NCBI GenBank assembly: GCA_965649825.1 | Contig: OZ287696.1 | Coordinates: 849,101 to 913,100, forward strand | Direction: 5' to 3' | Length of the DNA: 64,000 bases | Source: Penicillus capitatus | Taxonomy: Eukaryota; Plantae; Chlorophyta | In this document: positions 49,436-61,784 of the stretch, piece after piece | How positions within the stretch are numbered: the stretch's first letter is position 1 | How the letters are laid out: each line of letters begins with the position of its first letter | The notes under the pieces: generated by a model | Seen by the model: the letters and a program-made list of their open reading frames with translations, nothing else | What the model was told of the DNA's origin: nothing | The model's database searches: none | Translations under genes and position numbers: made by a program

Positions 49436-51178
49436 TCAATCGTCTTTTTGCGTTTTGGGCTTCTTCGACAGATGCACGTAAGTATCCAGCATCCTCTGCA
49501 GTTTCTGAGAGCAGAGGCCGTTTTCATCAGGAAACACCAGGGCTTCGAGGTTCTCTTGTTTCAGATCTTCGAGAGATCTCTTGCCGAGAAAACCGTGGAA
49601 TCTGTGCAGGCGAGGATTGCCTGCCCTGTCTGACGGTATCCTGTCATCGCGATCGATCTCCATCTGAGTCTCCCCACGGACAATCTGATCCAGCGTCTCG
49701 ATCTGTTCATCGCTAGGAAGTAACTGTTCTTTGGAAGTGAAAGACGGAAATGTAAAATCTCGCACGTCTTCGAGAAACGGCGTTGCGTTCATCAGGAAAG
49801 CGTCCGGATGTCGATTGCGGTCCACAAAGGGAGACAACACTCCGAGGAATACGGAGGAGCCTTTTCGCAAGGCACACTGAACGATGGCCACTTTGTCCTG
49901 CTCCATAAATGCCCGGGCCAAAGCGGAGAGCGCCAGCTGAGAGGCTTCCTGCATCTCAGGCAGCACCATGAATGTATCTTTAAGGTAATGATGTCTCGGC
50001 ACTTGATCTCTCTTCACAAAGCCTTTCAGTCTCATGCCTTTTAGCGGCACATATGCCGATTGCTTTTCGACATCCAGAGGCAGCGGAACTGTCTGCACGC
50101 CATAGTTGTAGCCGCGAACGTGGTATTCAGGAGGAACGGGCTCAGATGGATCTTCGCGACGTTTGTGCTCCACTTCTCTCACCACCTGATGCGTTGCACT
50201 GGACGATTGCTTCCTGCATATGTCGAAGGTACTGTATGAGATCTGAAGGCTAGGTATGATCACACCTCATAGAATATGGACTCGGGCTCGGCATCCCTTC
50301 TCGGGCTGTCTTTTTGAAAACACGCACAGACAACTGCATCATATCGCCGATCTCCAAAGCGCCCCTACAGCCGCAGCCACGCCTGTCCTGCAACAACTGC
50401 TTCGTTTGATAGATGGCCGACCTGTACATCGTGATGCTGTTCACCGGTTTGACGGGAAAGAGAGCATAGAGTTCCATCTCCGACAAGACATTCCTCGTTG
50501 ACAGATCGCCTTTCGTCAGACCCAGGGTTTCTCGCACATTCCATCTCTTCCCTCTCGGCGAATCGGAACGGTAATCGATTGCGAATGCCTCCAGTCGAAT
50601 CTGGACATCCATCAATGCATCGTCCAACGCTGCCGAAAACTCTGGTCTGGCACGCACGGCCTGCACAGCACTCCGCGTCAGTCTCATCCCATTTCGTGAT
50701 CTCACACTTTCTTCAAGAAATCTGAAAAGATGAGAATGCGTTTCAGGTATCGAGAGGGATCTTCTGCCTTTGCCAATCGGCGTTTCATGCAGTCAATGGC
50801 CACCGTCAATGCATTGACATAGTCAGATTCACCCTCCTCTGCCTTGATCTTCTCGATGGCGTCGAGATAGGATCGATCTGGGACGTGGAGGCTCTTCAAC
50901 TGTGAGATGTGTCGATACTGTCCCAGTTTCTGCCGCGTCTGCATTTCTTTACTGACAGCGTTGTTGGTGGCATCCGAACCAAAGAGAATCAATGCGACTT
51001 CGTTGTTCGGTCGGAACATGATCTGAGAATTGACGAATGTCGTGAGAGACGACGACAGTGGTTTTAAATAGGCGGCCATCGACGAGGAGACGTCGATGAC
51101 GCAGACAACGAGCTCCTACACACACAATGTGCGCCGCGAAGACGCAAGAGATGCACCTACGGATATCCGATTCGCCAT
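49436..51178 (-). CDS. KU80: Ku80 (vWA + beta-barrel core), short C-terminus
   Basis: VVCVIDVSSSM vWA, GYNYG..LKGFV..ALSALARA..PFLEDVRDFTFPSF..PSDEQ..NPRLHR. Confidence 0.88.
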
Positions 51179-51367
51179 CTCGCAACGATCGTCCAGTATC
51201 GCAGCACGAAGAGCGAAACAATCGGCAGGCAGTAGACGCACGTCCCCGTCTCCACAGGGAAGGTGTCCATCGCGTACGATCGATCTCCTTTTCCCCGTCT
51301 TCCGCGTGATGTGACCTGTGACGCGACGTGACCGATGAGCGTTGTGCGATTCAAAGGGAGGCGGAGA

Positions 51368-52484
51368 TTAAGTGCTCTTGTTTTTGACAAATTCAGGTTT
51401 CAGCTCATATTGTCCATTGTATGGACCGCTGTGATGAAGGTCAGCAATGTCATTCAGTACTTCCTTCAACCAGCTCGTGGGTTGCTTGGTGCGTTTCTGC
51501 CCAGGATCACACAATGAAGACCTGCCAGATGTTCATCACGACAAAAGAGTGACCTGCAAGGAAGTGAGTTTCCATCTTTCTTGCGTCTCGAACAGTTCAA
51601 ACAGCAATCTCTCGACGTCACTTCTGTCCAATCTCGACCGTTTGTCTCTCTTGCCCTTGTCTTGTGCATAGAGCTGATTCTATTCAGACAGAGCCAAGGA
51701 AGGATCAGAAAGTGTGATGGAGTGCGTGATCGGTGCGTGTACTTTGCGTTTTCGCATGCGCATCGAAGGGAGAAGGGTCATGCGATCTCGACCTGACTTG
51801 AAAGACAGTTCTTTCGTCGAAACGGCCTTGATCTTGCGTTTCTCTTCGGCATCTTTCTCCCGTGCCAAACGCATAACATTCTTGTCCAGTTCCATTTCAC
51901 CTGGCCCACTCACGCTCAAGCGTTGCGCCCTTTCTCTCTTGATGGTACCTGTCTCAGGATTGCGCTTCCTCAGCTGCACGTTGGTCTTCATTTGCAGCAC
52001 AGGGCCAGAAACGCCTGTAGGCAGATGTGATGCCATGCAGATGTCGTATCGATGAACTGACGGATCGATGTTGCTTGTGAATGGATAGACGGATCCGGTT
52101 CTTCAAAGACACGCATGTCGCCCACCGATACCGTTCCGTTGAAATCTTTGGGTAGATCCCTGGCGTACTCTCCTATACCAAACCCATGACGCTCATCCTC
52201 CCTTCCAATCGAACAAAGAACAGAGATATCTACCCTGGAGCTGCAGAGAGACAGCCGGCGTCTGTCACCCATAAAGGTTGTATTAAAACCTTCAAGAGAA
52301 TGAATGCGACAACGCACTTCGCCTCCTTGTATGGTGAGCTTAGCAAGCGTCGTGTCTTGTGCTTCTTTCCATCGTTCAATCACATACGAGGGCAGCTAAA
52401 GCGGTTGCTTAGCTGTTGAGAAGCTATTGGCGTTATTCTTGCCTGGACAACGAAGACGGGGTATTCGTCGCATTCGAGTCGCAT
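51368..52484 (-). CDS. GTF2F2: General transcription factor TFIIF beta subunit (RAP30)
   Basis: [15 protein letters not shown]-terminus and C-terminal [35 protein letters not shown]. Confidence 0.88.
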
Positions 52485-52517
52485 GACGCGTCGTTGTCAC
52501 GGATTGCGTTCGTCTGC

Positions 52518-53182
52518 ATGATGAGATTTGCGAGATCGGAGTCGCATTTCTGTGGTGCCTCGGTGTCGCATGGCAGACGGATCGGTCGCTTCTACGGCAC
52601 GCCGATCGTGTCAGAGACCAAACATCAGCGCTCGCAGCAACGAGCCTCGCGCTCTTTCACAAGAGTCCACTGTCTGACGGATATTATGGAATCGAATTTC
52701 GAAGAGGAAGTCCTCAAGGTGGCGCATTTTGTTCGTGCAGCCATGACATCTGCCGTGATGCAGAGCGAGGTGCCCGTTCTCATCGATTTCTGGGCAACAT
52801 GGTGTGGACCATGCAAGCTGCTGGAACCCACAATGAAGTGGCTGGAGAAGGTTTGTACTCAATCCAAGACTCCCCCCTTGCATTGCTGCATCGCAGGAGT
52901 ACGAGGGGCAGCTTCGCGTGGTGAAGCTCGAAACGGACAAAAATCCGAATCTCATTGAGCAATACAAGGTGGTAGATCTACACCAAGTGCTCGTGTCGTT
53001 AAAAGTGTGACCAGGTGTATGGTCTGCCCACAATTATGCTCTTTAAAGACGGCAGAATGGTGGAGAAGAGTCATCGAGAAGGGGCAGTAACGCGGGATCA
53101 AGTCATTGCCTATCTTGAGCAGTTTGGCATCGTTCCGCAAAAAGAGTCCTCTTTCAATTCTGCCTCACCTGAGGAAGCTTAA
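52518..53182 (+). CDS. TRXx: Plastid thioredoxin, x-type, with transit peptide
   Basis: [15 protein letters not shown] and [22 protein letters not shown], typical of Trx x. Confidence 0.88.
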
Positions 53183-53529
53183 ACCCCACACGCTTTGCTG
53201 TCTTCTCTATCAGCTCTCTCTGTTGTGCATCTTTGTCTGTTGTAATGTTATACGATTCCAACAAGCTCTGCAACAGAGAACGGACTGGCTACCACTGCTG
53301 CCCAGGTGCGTGTCATCAGGACCTTGTGGGATTGAACAGAGTGAATGAGTTCGGCGTATTGCCCGGCACAGGTGATCCAGTGTTGGATCTCTTGTTGACT
53401 CTGTCCATCCGTCTTTCGGCGAAATTCCTTCAGTAGATAGTTTCGCCAGAGTCCATTGCCGTTGTGCGAGGTGACATGTCGGTCGACGAGACGCAACAGG
53501 CGGCGCAGGACGGAGCGCGTCTGGCACAT
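53154..53529 (-). CDS. Small LYR/FMC1-like mitochondrial protein
   Basis: VLRRLLRLV..LLKEFRR..YAELIHSVQSHK|[18 protein letters not shown]; one GT-AG intron. Confidence 0.6.
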
Positions 53530-53762
53530 AGGAGGAACGAACGCAAACGTGTTGCATTATCGACTGACGTGGCACGACGCAATTTCCTTGCACGGAAAAT
53601 CCCACCGGTTCGAGTATCCGGCAAGACATTGGTCAACAGAACCCTTTCGAGCAGTAGAGATCCACAAAAATTCCCCGGGCGATTGTATCTCCATACTGAA
53701 CCCTGTTTGTTCAACGGCGTAACGGTTGGCGTTCGACTGAAGCCCTTTTCATTTGTGGGATC

Positions 53763-55115
53763 ATGCTCACTTCGGTTCACTCGACGAGTTCGGAACCCGC
53801 ACCGACTGGCGAGCTTCCTTTCTTCGTTTGCGTCCATGTCGGTGCGGGATATCATGCCCCAGACGACGAACGAAGCTACCGACGCCTGATGAACCAAGCC
53901 TGCCGTCGGGCTGCGGTTGTCTTGTCGCGCAATGGCGAACTCGTTGACGCAGTGACGGACGCGATTTCTGTTCTCGAGGTGACCTGCCGTCTGCATAAAT
54001 GCTCGAGAGAAGGAGAAAAACATGGTGCACAGGATTCCGACCTGACGAACGCGGGACACGGAGCGAATCTCAACGAAGCGGCAGAGGTGGAATGCGATGC
54101 CAGTGTCATGACGGGATCCGGTGTCTTCGGTGCTATTGGTGCCGCTGCAGGCGAGACCCCATACACAGCGTATGCAGCAGAGCACGTTATTGGCTACCTA
54201 GGCGTCAAGAATCCGATCCAAGTTGCCTGTCAGTTGGCAAGAAGAGCGACAGAACCCATGGCCTTTGGACGTGTGCGTCCAATGTCAGACATCGCCTCTT
54301 CTTGGACAATGGCGCCCGATGTGTGTTTTTAGTTTTCTGGCTGGAGATGGCGTGCGTCAGTGGGCATTGAATCAAGGACTGGATGCTGTGGAGGAGCGCA
54401 CGAATGCCGGGACGCTTCATGTGACGGAGCCTTCTCTAAAGCGATGGCGGGAGTATCGAGAACTGATCGAATCTGCGCCGACACTTAACGGACAGCCGCC
54501 GGCCAAGTTCTCGCGAACACTGAACGATACCGTCGGCTGTGTCGTCGTCAATGCAGCAGGTCTGCTATTGTCGCACTCTTTTGCCTTCTCATAAACATGG
54601 CCGGTCACATAGGCGAGGTGTGCTCCGGGGTGTCTTCAGGGGGGATCGCGATGAAGGCACCGGGCCGCGTGGGTGAGGCCGCGATGTATGGCGCCGGATG
54701 TTGGGCACAGAATGCCGAGCGACGCAATGCATCGTCGATCGCGTGCTCGGTCTCGGGGGTCGGAGAGGTTGTCATTCGCGGCTTCATTGCGCGTTCGTGT
54801 GCCGAATCGCTGACAAAGGACACGCCACTCGATGCCATAAAGGACACAATTGAATCGCACACAGCTGAATTGGGCGAACCCAAAGATGTTGGCGTCATCT
54901 CTGTGCGAACATCGACGGCCAGAAAGAAGGGCCAACAGGAAAAGCATGTCGAGCTCTGCGTCGTGCACAATGCATGGTCGATGGGATTCTCTTACTTGAC
55001 GGCCAATTCCCGACCCGCGACGCGTTTCCTTAGACATGGCGGCCACAACGACGACGCGATCGCCGAGTTTGGAGCATGCGTTAAATGGCCAATGGATGAG
55101 ACAGGAGACAAGTAA
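53763..55115 (+). CDS. TASP1: Threonine aspartase (Taspase-1, Ntn hydrolase)
   Basis: VHVGAGYH, TNAGHGANL..VECDASVM, VKNPI, DTVGCVV, SSGGI..PGRVGEAAMYGAGCWA, SGVGE. Confidence 0.93.
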
Positions 55116-55184
55116 TGCATCCACACACATGACATAGAATTCTCAGCGTGTTTCTCTGTTTTGTTGGACAACCTTGTAACAACA

Positions 55185-58100
55185 TTACTCAGGCAGTGAC
55201 GCGCTCTTTGCGTTGAGCATTCCGCGTCCAAACCAATCGGCCACGACAGCAAAGCCATCCTTCTTGCCTTTCAGCTCCATGAAAAACTGATCCTGGTGCG
55301 CAGCGCCTGCTCGCATATCGCGACGGATTCTGAGCGTCTCTCGGTAACGGGGCGCACAGGTCGGACACTCGGTGGGATTCTCTTCGATGGTTTTGAGGTT
55401 GTAGGAATGCCTGCAGAGAAAATGCACGGCTGGGAGTTCCAGTTGCTGCGCTGTACGATCATCGATGCTCTTGTTAAACACTTGAGGCTCTGTCTTGAGC
55501 TCGTGAATGCGTTTTTTCAGTGCGGCAGATTCTTGTTGCAGACGTTCGATTTCGGATCGATCTTTGTCGATCGATCGACTGTCTCGCGCGATCTGTTTGG
55601 TGATATACTCTTTGACGATCTTCAGCTTCAGCGTCGGGTTTTTGGACAAGGTGTGGAGCACGACGAGCGGTGGCAGTACCTCCTCGCGCTCGATGTGCTG
55701 TAAGACTTCCTGGATCTGTTGCGTACAGTCCTCTTCGTTTGTGCTAAAGTACTGCAGCGCTTCGGACCAGAGCAGAGGGTCACCTCCCGTCGAGGAATCG
55801 CCATAGGATCGACAGGCAGAGATGATGCCGTCATAGTCTTTGGCATCGATGTAGACCTACGAACAGTTTTGGACACTTTGAGTGAGAAAGTGTGAGAATG
55901 TGTGAGACCTGGAGGACTTCGCGTAACAGCGATTTGCGTTCGTAGAGAAAAACGAGGCCGTCTTTGAAGTGGTACATGCGACAAAGGACAAGCATATGCT
56001 CTGGATCGTACTTTGGGCTATCGCCCGGCATCCATCCTTCCTTTAAGAGACCCAAGGCCTTCTCCCTCTTGTCTTCTTCTGGCGGCAATGCGCCAAACTC
56101 TCCACTGGCACAAGGATCGACGTCCTCCTCCACTATGGGCTCTTTGGAATGCTCACAGCCATCGCTCAGGAAACTCTGTGCGAGAAAATGCGATGTCTCT
56201 GTGAGATAAAGCTCAAACAGGGTGTGAAAGAGTTGATCTTCTCCAGGAGGAGAGGAAGAGAGATCTTTGTAAACATGGAAGACAAACTCACACAACTCCA
56301 TCAACGCCTGAGGCCGGTCTGTATAGAGATGGGTGAAATCGGCCACACTTGCTTCGAAAGCCGACTGTGCATCTGCACACGACGTCGATGCTCTGAAGCA
56401 TGAGGACGATGACAGGGACGGGGTGGGTTACCTCTGTTCAGCTCCTCTCCTTTCTCCGGAACGCAGAGCTTCATGAGACATCCTGTGCTGTCACGCGGTT
56501 TATTGGCTACAAGGACCTTTCCGTATTTTCTGAAGATATCGGCCGCCTGACGCCTTGGCAGGCCAAAAACGAATTTGATGCCTTCGTCGTACTCGCCGAG
56601 ATCCTCTAACAGAATGTCCACATACCAGTGCGGTTCGTTTGCCGAACGCGCCACTTCCAGAGCATGACTGTAGTACCCAGCCGTGCGCAAAACCTAGAAA
56701 CAAGGCGGAACGGTGTCGATCGAGAAAAAGGTGGAGGAAACCTTGACAGCTGTCTCCACATCAAATCTCTGGCGTTTTCCAGAGTGCGCCGCATAACTGT
56801 GATCCTCGCCCACGCCCACAAAAGAGTTCAGTTTCTCCACGTCTTTCATTTTGGTATAGCAATTGAGCAGAAGCGTCGTGTGATCCGGAATCGCCTGTTC
56901 TTGATCGTGGAGGGCTTCCAGATACAGAGCCAGTTGCTGAATGCGCTGTCCATCCAAGTAACGACGAATGACGTAAGAAGGCTCCAGATGACCAATCGTC
57001 TGAATGTACTGTTGCATCGCAGCGTCGTAATCCTGTTTGTCGTTGTAAAGATAATCCGCAAACTGGTGATGGATGTATCCCATCGTGGCAGGAGAGGCGC
57101 CCTCGGCCTCTGCCAGTCGCAAAGCAACGCCATGAGCATTGCGACGAAACAGAGCTTCGAGCTTCGACGTCAGAGGAATCTCACGAAGCGTCACGATCGT
57201 ACCATCCCCTATCGACGACACCCAGCGCCTCTATAGAGAGAAAGGGAGCTGTTGCGGAGGATGACCTTGAACGATGACGATCATGCCCCAAGCGGTGAGC
57301 ACGTGACGGACATTTGATACCGTCCGTTCCCCAACGGAGAGCTTGTTCGCCAGATCATAGATCTTGATGCCTTCCAGCACAGCCCCGGTATCGAGTTTGG
57401 TATTGAGCGCCTGTGTCAGTAGGTTATGTGCTGTTTTATCGAAATGTCGCTGGCCGCACCACGACGAGATTCCGTCCTGTCGTTGCCAAGTGATGGTGAT
57501 CTTCTTGAAAGGCGAAACAGGCGCCGCGTCCTTCGATGTTATAGAAGTAGAGTGCTTGAGGACGCGAAACGATCAGTTGTCCGTCTTCCTCCATCAGCAC
57601 ACAATGCTCCTCTGCACCGGCCTCATCCAATACAATCTATGCATCGTCGACCACTCGATGGCAGCCGTGAAGTTGGGCGGCAGTACTTTAGTGGTGTTGT
57701 TCAGATCGAAGATGAGGGTCTGCGATTCCGTCACGACGTACATATGGAGCTTCTCTTCCTGTTCTGCATTGTATCGTCACGAGGCGCGTCGACATGCATC
57801 GGTTACGACTACCGTAAATGCCAAGTCCTTTCACGCAGAATTTGTCGGAGCTGCCGGGAAGCTGAGCGCTGAGTTTTTGCAAAGCGAATCGATCTTTGAG
57901 CAGGTCTCCCTGTGTCCAATAGACCATTCCCGATGCCAGTCCCACAGCAAGAACCGCATGTCCATTCGGGCGCTGATTGAGGGCCATCGTTGTGATGTCC
58001 GACTCCGGAAACCGCGAAGTGAAGAGTTTTTGTGAACGGAGTGGCTGTGGCTGCTGTTCTCCATCCGCAAAGAGTCTATCCACCGACCATAGTTTCAGCG

Positions 58101-58368
58101 TCGATGACGAGACCCCCGGTTCTTCCGTCCCAAGTGTGACCAGTATGTTCTGGGCCTTAAGGAGGTGTATTTGCAGGACGCTGTGTGCGTATGCCACAAA
58201 GGCGAATGTGGTTGCGAGTGTTTGGTCGAGTATCAGCACCTGTCCACCTTCGCAACCGAAAAAGAGTTCTGTCGCACTTGCGGTGCAGCAGAGCGGAGCG
58301 GCCGGAAAATCGACGACGCGGGTCTCTCCGTCCTGGAAGAATTTGAAACGACGCCAAGAGATCGTCAT
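55185..58368 (-). CDS. VPS11: Vacuolar protein sorting 11 (HOPS/CORVET core)
   Basis: MTISWRRFKFF start, beta-propeller, QYIQTIGHLEPSYVIRRYLDGQRI, HTTLLLNCYTK, C-terminal VHFLCRHSY..CPTC RING. Confidence 0.95.
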
Positions 58369-61300
58369 GGAGACGCATCAACAAATCGAAATCGTCTTCG
58401 GAATGTCTCGTCGTAATCGCGTCCTTCGCTCGGGACAATGAAGTCCTCGAGGAGACGCAGGTCGTCGGCACTAACATCCGGTGGACCGCCCGTCTCTCGA
58501 AGACAGGCTTCGACAAAAGCGTGATGGCGACGTCTCTGTCTCTTAGGCGGAGCCACGTCGTCAAACCACTCACGCAGATCCAGAGAAGTCAGCGCAGTTG
58601 TCGGCGCGTCAAGGGTATAGACGTAAGACTTGGACGTCGTCTGGATGAGACCTTCCGGCGCTCGATGGGTCTTGGGAAAAGAGGGATGAGGAGAGTGGCA
58701 TGACGAAGGCGTTTCTTCCAAACAGGGCCGAATCCACACCGGAGCCGATGCGTTTGCTGCTGAAAAGAGTGAGAAGCGGAGAAAGAGTGAGAATGTACCT
58801 GTGGTGTTCTGTAGAATGGCTTCGATGGGTGCGCGAATCTGAATAAAATCTCTATCCGTTGAGGGCTCAATGGTGTCCAGAAAGGCTTCGATCTTCTCGG
58901 CAGCAACTCGGATCAGATGAGGTAAAAAACAAGCATCTCCATCGCTGTGCTGCACGAGTCGCGTTTTCTGTAGGTGCTTAAGAGAAAGAGATGTTCATTC
59001 GATCGAAATGAACTGGGCGAGTCACTTACGTGCAAGACTTCTGTGATATAGATACAATAGGTCTGCATCGTATCGCAAAGATCTGCCGTCCATTCGTGGG
59101 TTGTGGCTGTTCCGGACGCGAGTCTTGTGTTATGGTGTGTGGAAATGATGGAGATTGCCAGAAACGCCAAGACCTATGTGACACATGCGACACAAACGCG
59201 CGTTCGATGAATGATGACCTACCTCTTCTAGGTGCTCTGCATCTCTGCCAAACTGCAGCTGGTGTAATAGGTGTTTGGTCATATCTGGCAGCCTTTCTTG
59301 CACACAAAGAATCCTTGTGATTGGCTTAATCTGGAAGAGCGTTGCCGAAGGATGCATTCTGTTCCCCGTACGCATCCACTGCTGCAAGCACTGCGGCCAT
59401 ACGGTCACGTCGACCTCAAGGGATTCGGCAGCAACAGAAAGCAGTCCGCATCGCACGAGTGCACTTGTTGGGCACGTTAGCAGCCACAGTTCATGAATGT
59501 TCTCGGCACAGATCGTCGTCACGACTGGATCTCTCTTTGCTGTGATCATACATCTGAGGGTGCCTTCCAGAAGCGGCAGAAAAGGATTGTGCGGATTGCT
59601 GACTTCTTTTTGACGCAACGCAGCACAACGACGACCAACAGAGATCACAAGATCCATCATTTGCTTTTTTGTATACGGATCATGATCCTCCACACAGCTG
59701 TCACGATTAGGCGAGTGATGATGGAACTGAAGAGTGAGAAGTGTGAGAAACGCGGAAAACGGAAACTGTCCTGTGCACTGTCGCAACTGTCTGATTGCCT
59801 TTTCCTCTCGATTCCAGACGAACTGTCGCGCGGAAGACAAGATCTGAATCCTTTCTGTTGGGGAGAACAGATCGAGGGCGGTTGTGAAGAAGGCTTCGTA
59901 TTGATCGGTAGGCCAGATGCGTAGAAAGGCATCCAGTAGCTGAAACAGATACCTTTTGCAGAGCCCGACGGCATCCACGTCAGCCTTAAACGCTTCGGTC
60001 CATTTCCTGTACATCGTTAAGGCGAGACTGAAGATCCCCATCGGGTTGTCGGATCGATCCATTCGCACACCGATCACCAGCTGCAGCACCTCCAGCGATG
60101 CGATCTTCTGAATCTCTGTCGGCGTCTTGACGCTCGAAAAATGGACGGCCCACTGTTGGAGCAGTTTCTCAAGTGCTCGAGTGCCGATCAATGTCATTGA
60201 GGATTGTTTCTCTGATTTTGCATCTGCCCCCAACAGATCACGTCTTTGAAAATGCACATAAAGCAGTACTGACAGTGTGTCTTCTTGGGCAAACCCCACA
60301 TCAACGGTACGCCCTTCTGCATCCGACACTTCAAGTTTTGACAATAACGCATCTCTGGCACGCGTGCGAAAGTCTGCATTCATCGCACACTGCTCAAGGT
60401 ATGCCTGTAAGCACGAGAGTTTGGCGCGTTGCTGATAGATGGTGCCCGAGGCATCAAGCGTCCAGACCAAGTGCGGCAGAAATTCTTCTTTGCTAGGAAC
60501 CAGCGGCAGTAAACATCTCAGTACATAAGCCATCAATGCACCACTGTCTGATGCTGTGTTACGATCCATGTTCGTCAACTCCTTCAGGAAATGTTGTCTC
60601 AGAACGTGCCCAGCGTTACGAGACATCCATTGCAGCATCACGGCGTCTACAGAAGTGACGAGAAGATCACCCAGCCGCAGAAGGAAATTCCGGATAGATA
60701 TATCGCTGCCCGAAGTATCGAGCATGACAGAAATGGCTGTCGGAATCACAGAGAGCTGCGATGCATCCGCTCCAATAAAGGCATTCCACTTCTCCAGACC
60801 GTTCAAAATAAAAAAGCCACACACAGAAAGCTCAAGGCATCCTTGTGCGATCCACGGCAGAAACTGCTCGATCAGAATGAGACTGGTCGATGGTAACGTT
60901 AAGGAAACGGGCGCCAAGATGGCAGCTGTCAACAAACGCGAGATCGATGAACCTTGAGCCAGACATCGGCCAAGATCGCCCTGCATAAAACTGCACAGTC
61001 CTGTCACATCTCCCTGTTCCACACTCTCCCACGTGTAGTCGATCAACACCTGTGCCACGTGCATCGAATCTGCGCATTTTGTATGTTCGTTCGGTCAGCA
61101 GAGGGCAGAAGGAGAGGAACTTCGAGAAGAGAACCGTCTGAATAGGACCGAAAGCAACGACGCTGGACGTCGACGCAGTTGACACAACACCTGGCCGTGT
61201 ATGTCGCTGTTGGAACGGGCATCTCTTTCGCTATCGAGACGATCGATCAGACGTCGAAGCGACGGCGATTGGCGATCGGTTTCGCAGCTGTTCGAGGAAG

Positions 61301-61551
61301 ACAACGACATTTCTGGCACGCTGTTCAGCGTTCGGCACCGAGTCATGTCATTTGGCGTACAGTCGAACGGTTCGTTCACAAACGTCATGTCACTCTCAAT
61401 GAACACTCATCTTTCATGCAGACAACAGAGTATCAGCCTATCTTGGCACAGGCGTCTAGCAGATGGTTTAACGCTCATCATGATCGATTTTCAGAAACTT
61501 CCGTATCGCACCCGCCCACTCAGATTTGCAACGATTGGTTGACGATTGCAT
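58365..61551 (-). CDS. Large helical (ARM/HEAT-like) hypothetical protein, multi-exon
   Basis: 644-codon central ORF rich in Leu helices, plus flanking open frames; exon joins at both ends are not fully resolved. Confidence 0.55.
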
Positions 61552-61784
61552 AGAAGACAGTGCCCATATGGAAACTACGAACCAAGGACATATGCGAAGA
61601 AAGTTGAACAAACGTTAAGGGAATACTAAAAACAATTCAATTCCTTGATACAGACAGAGCGCGTGAGATTGGTGATCTAAACAGTATTCCTCGATCTTCT
61701 GTTTTCTGACCCAACAGCACTGGAAGTGGTGGACGGATCACTCTGTCAAACGGCGGCGCGTGGAGGTGTTCTGACAGCAACGTT

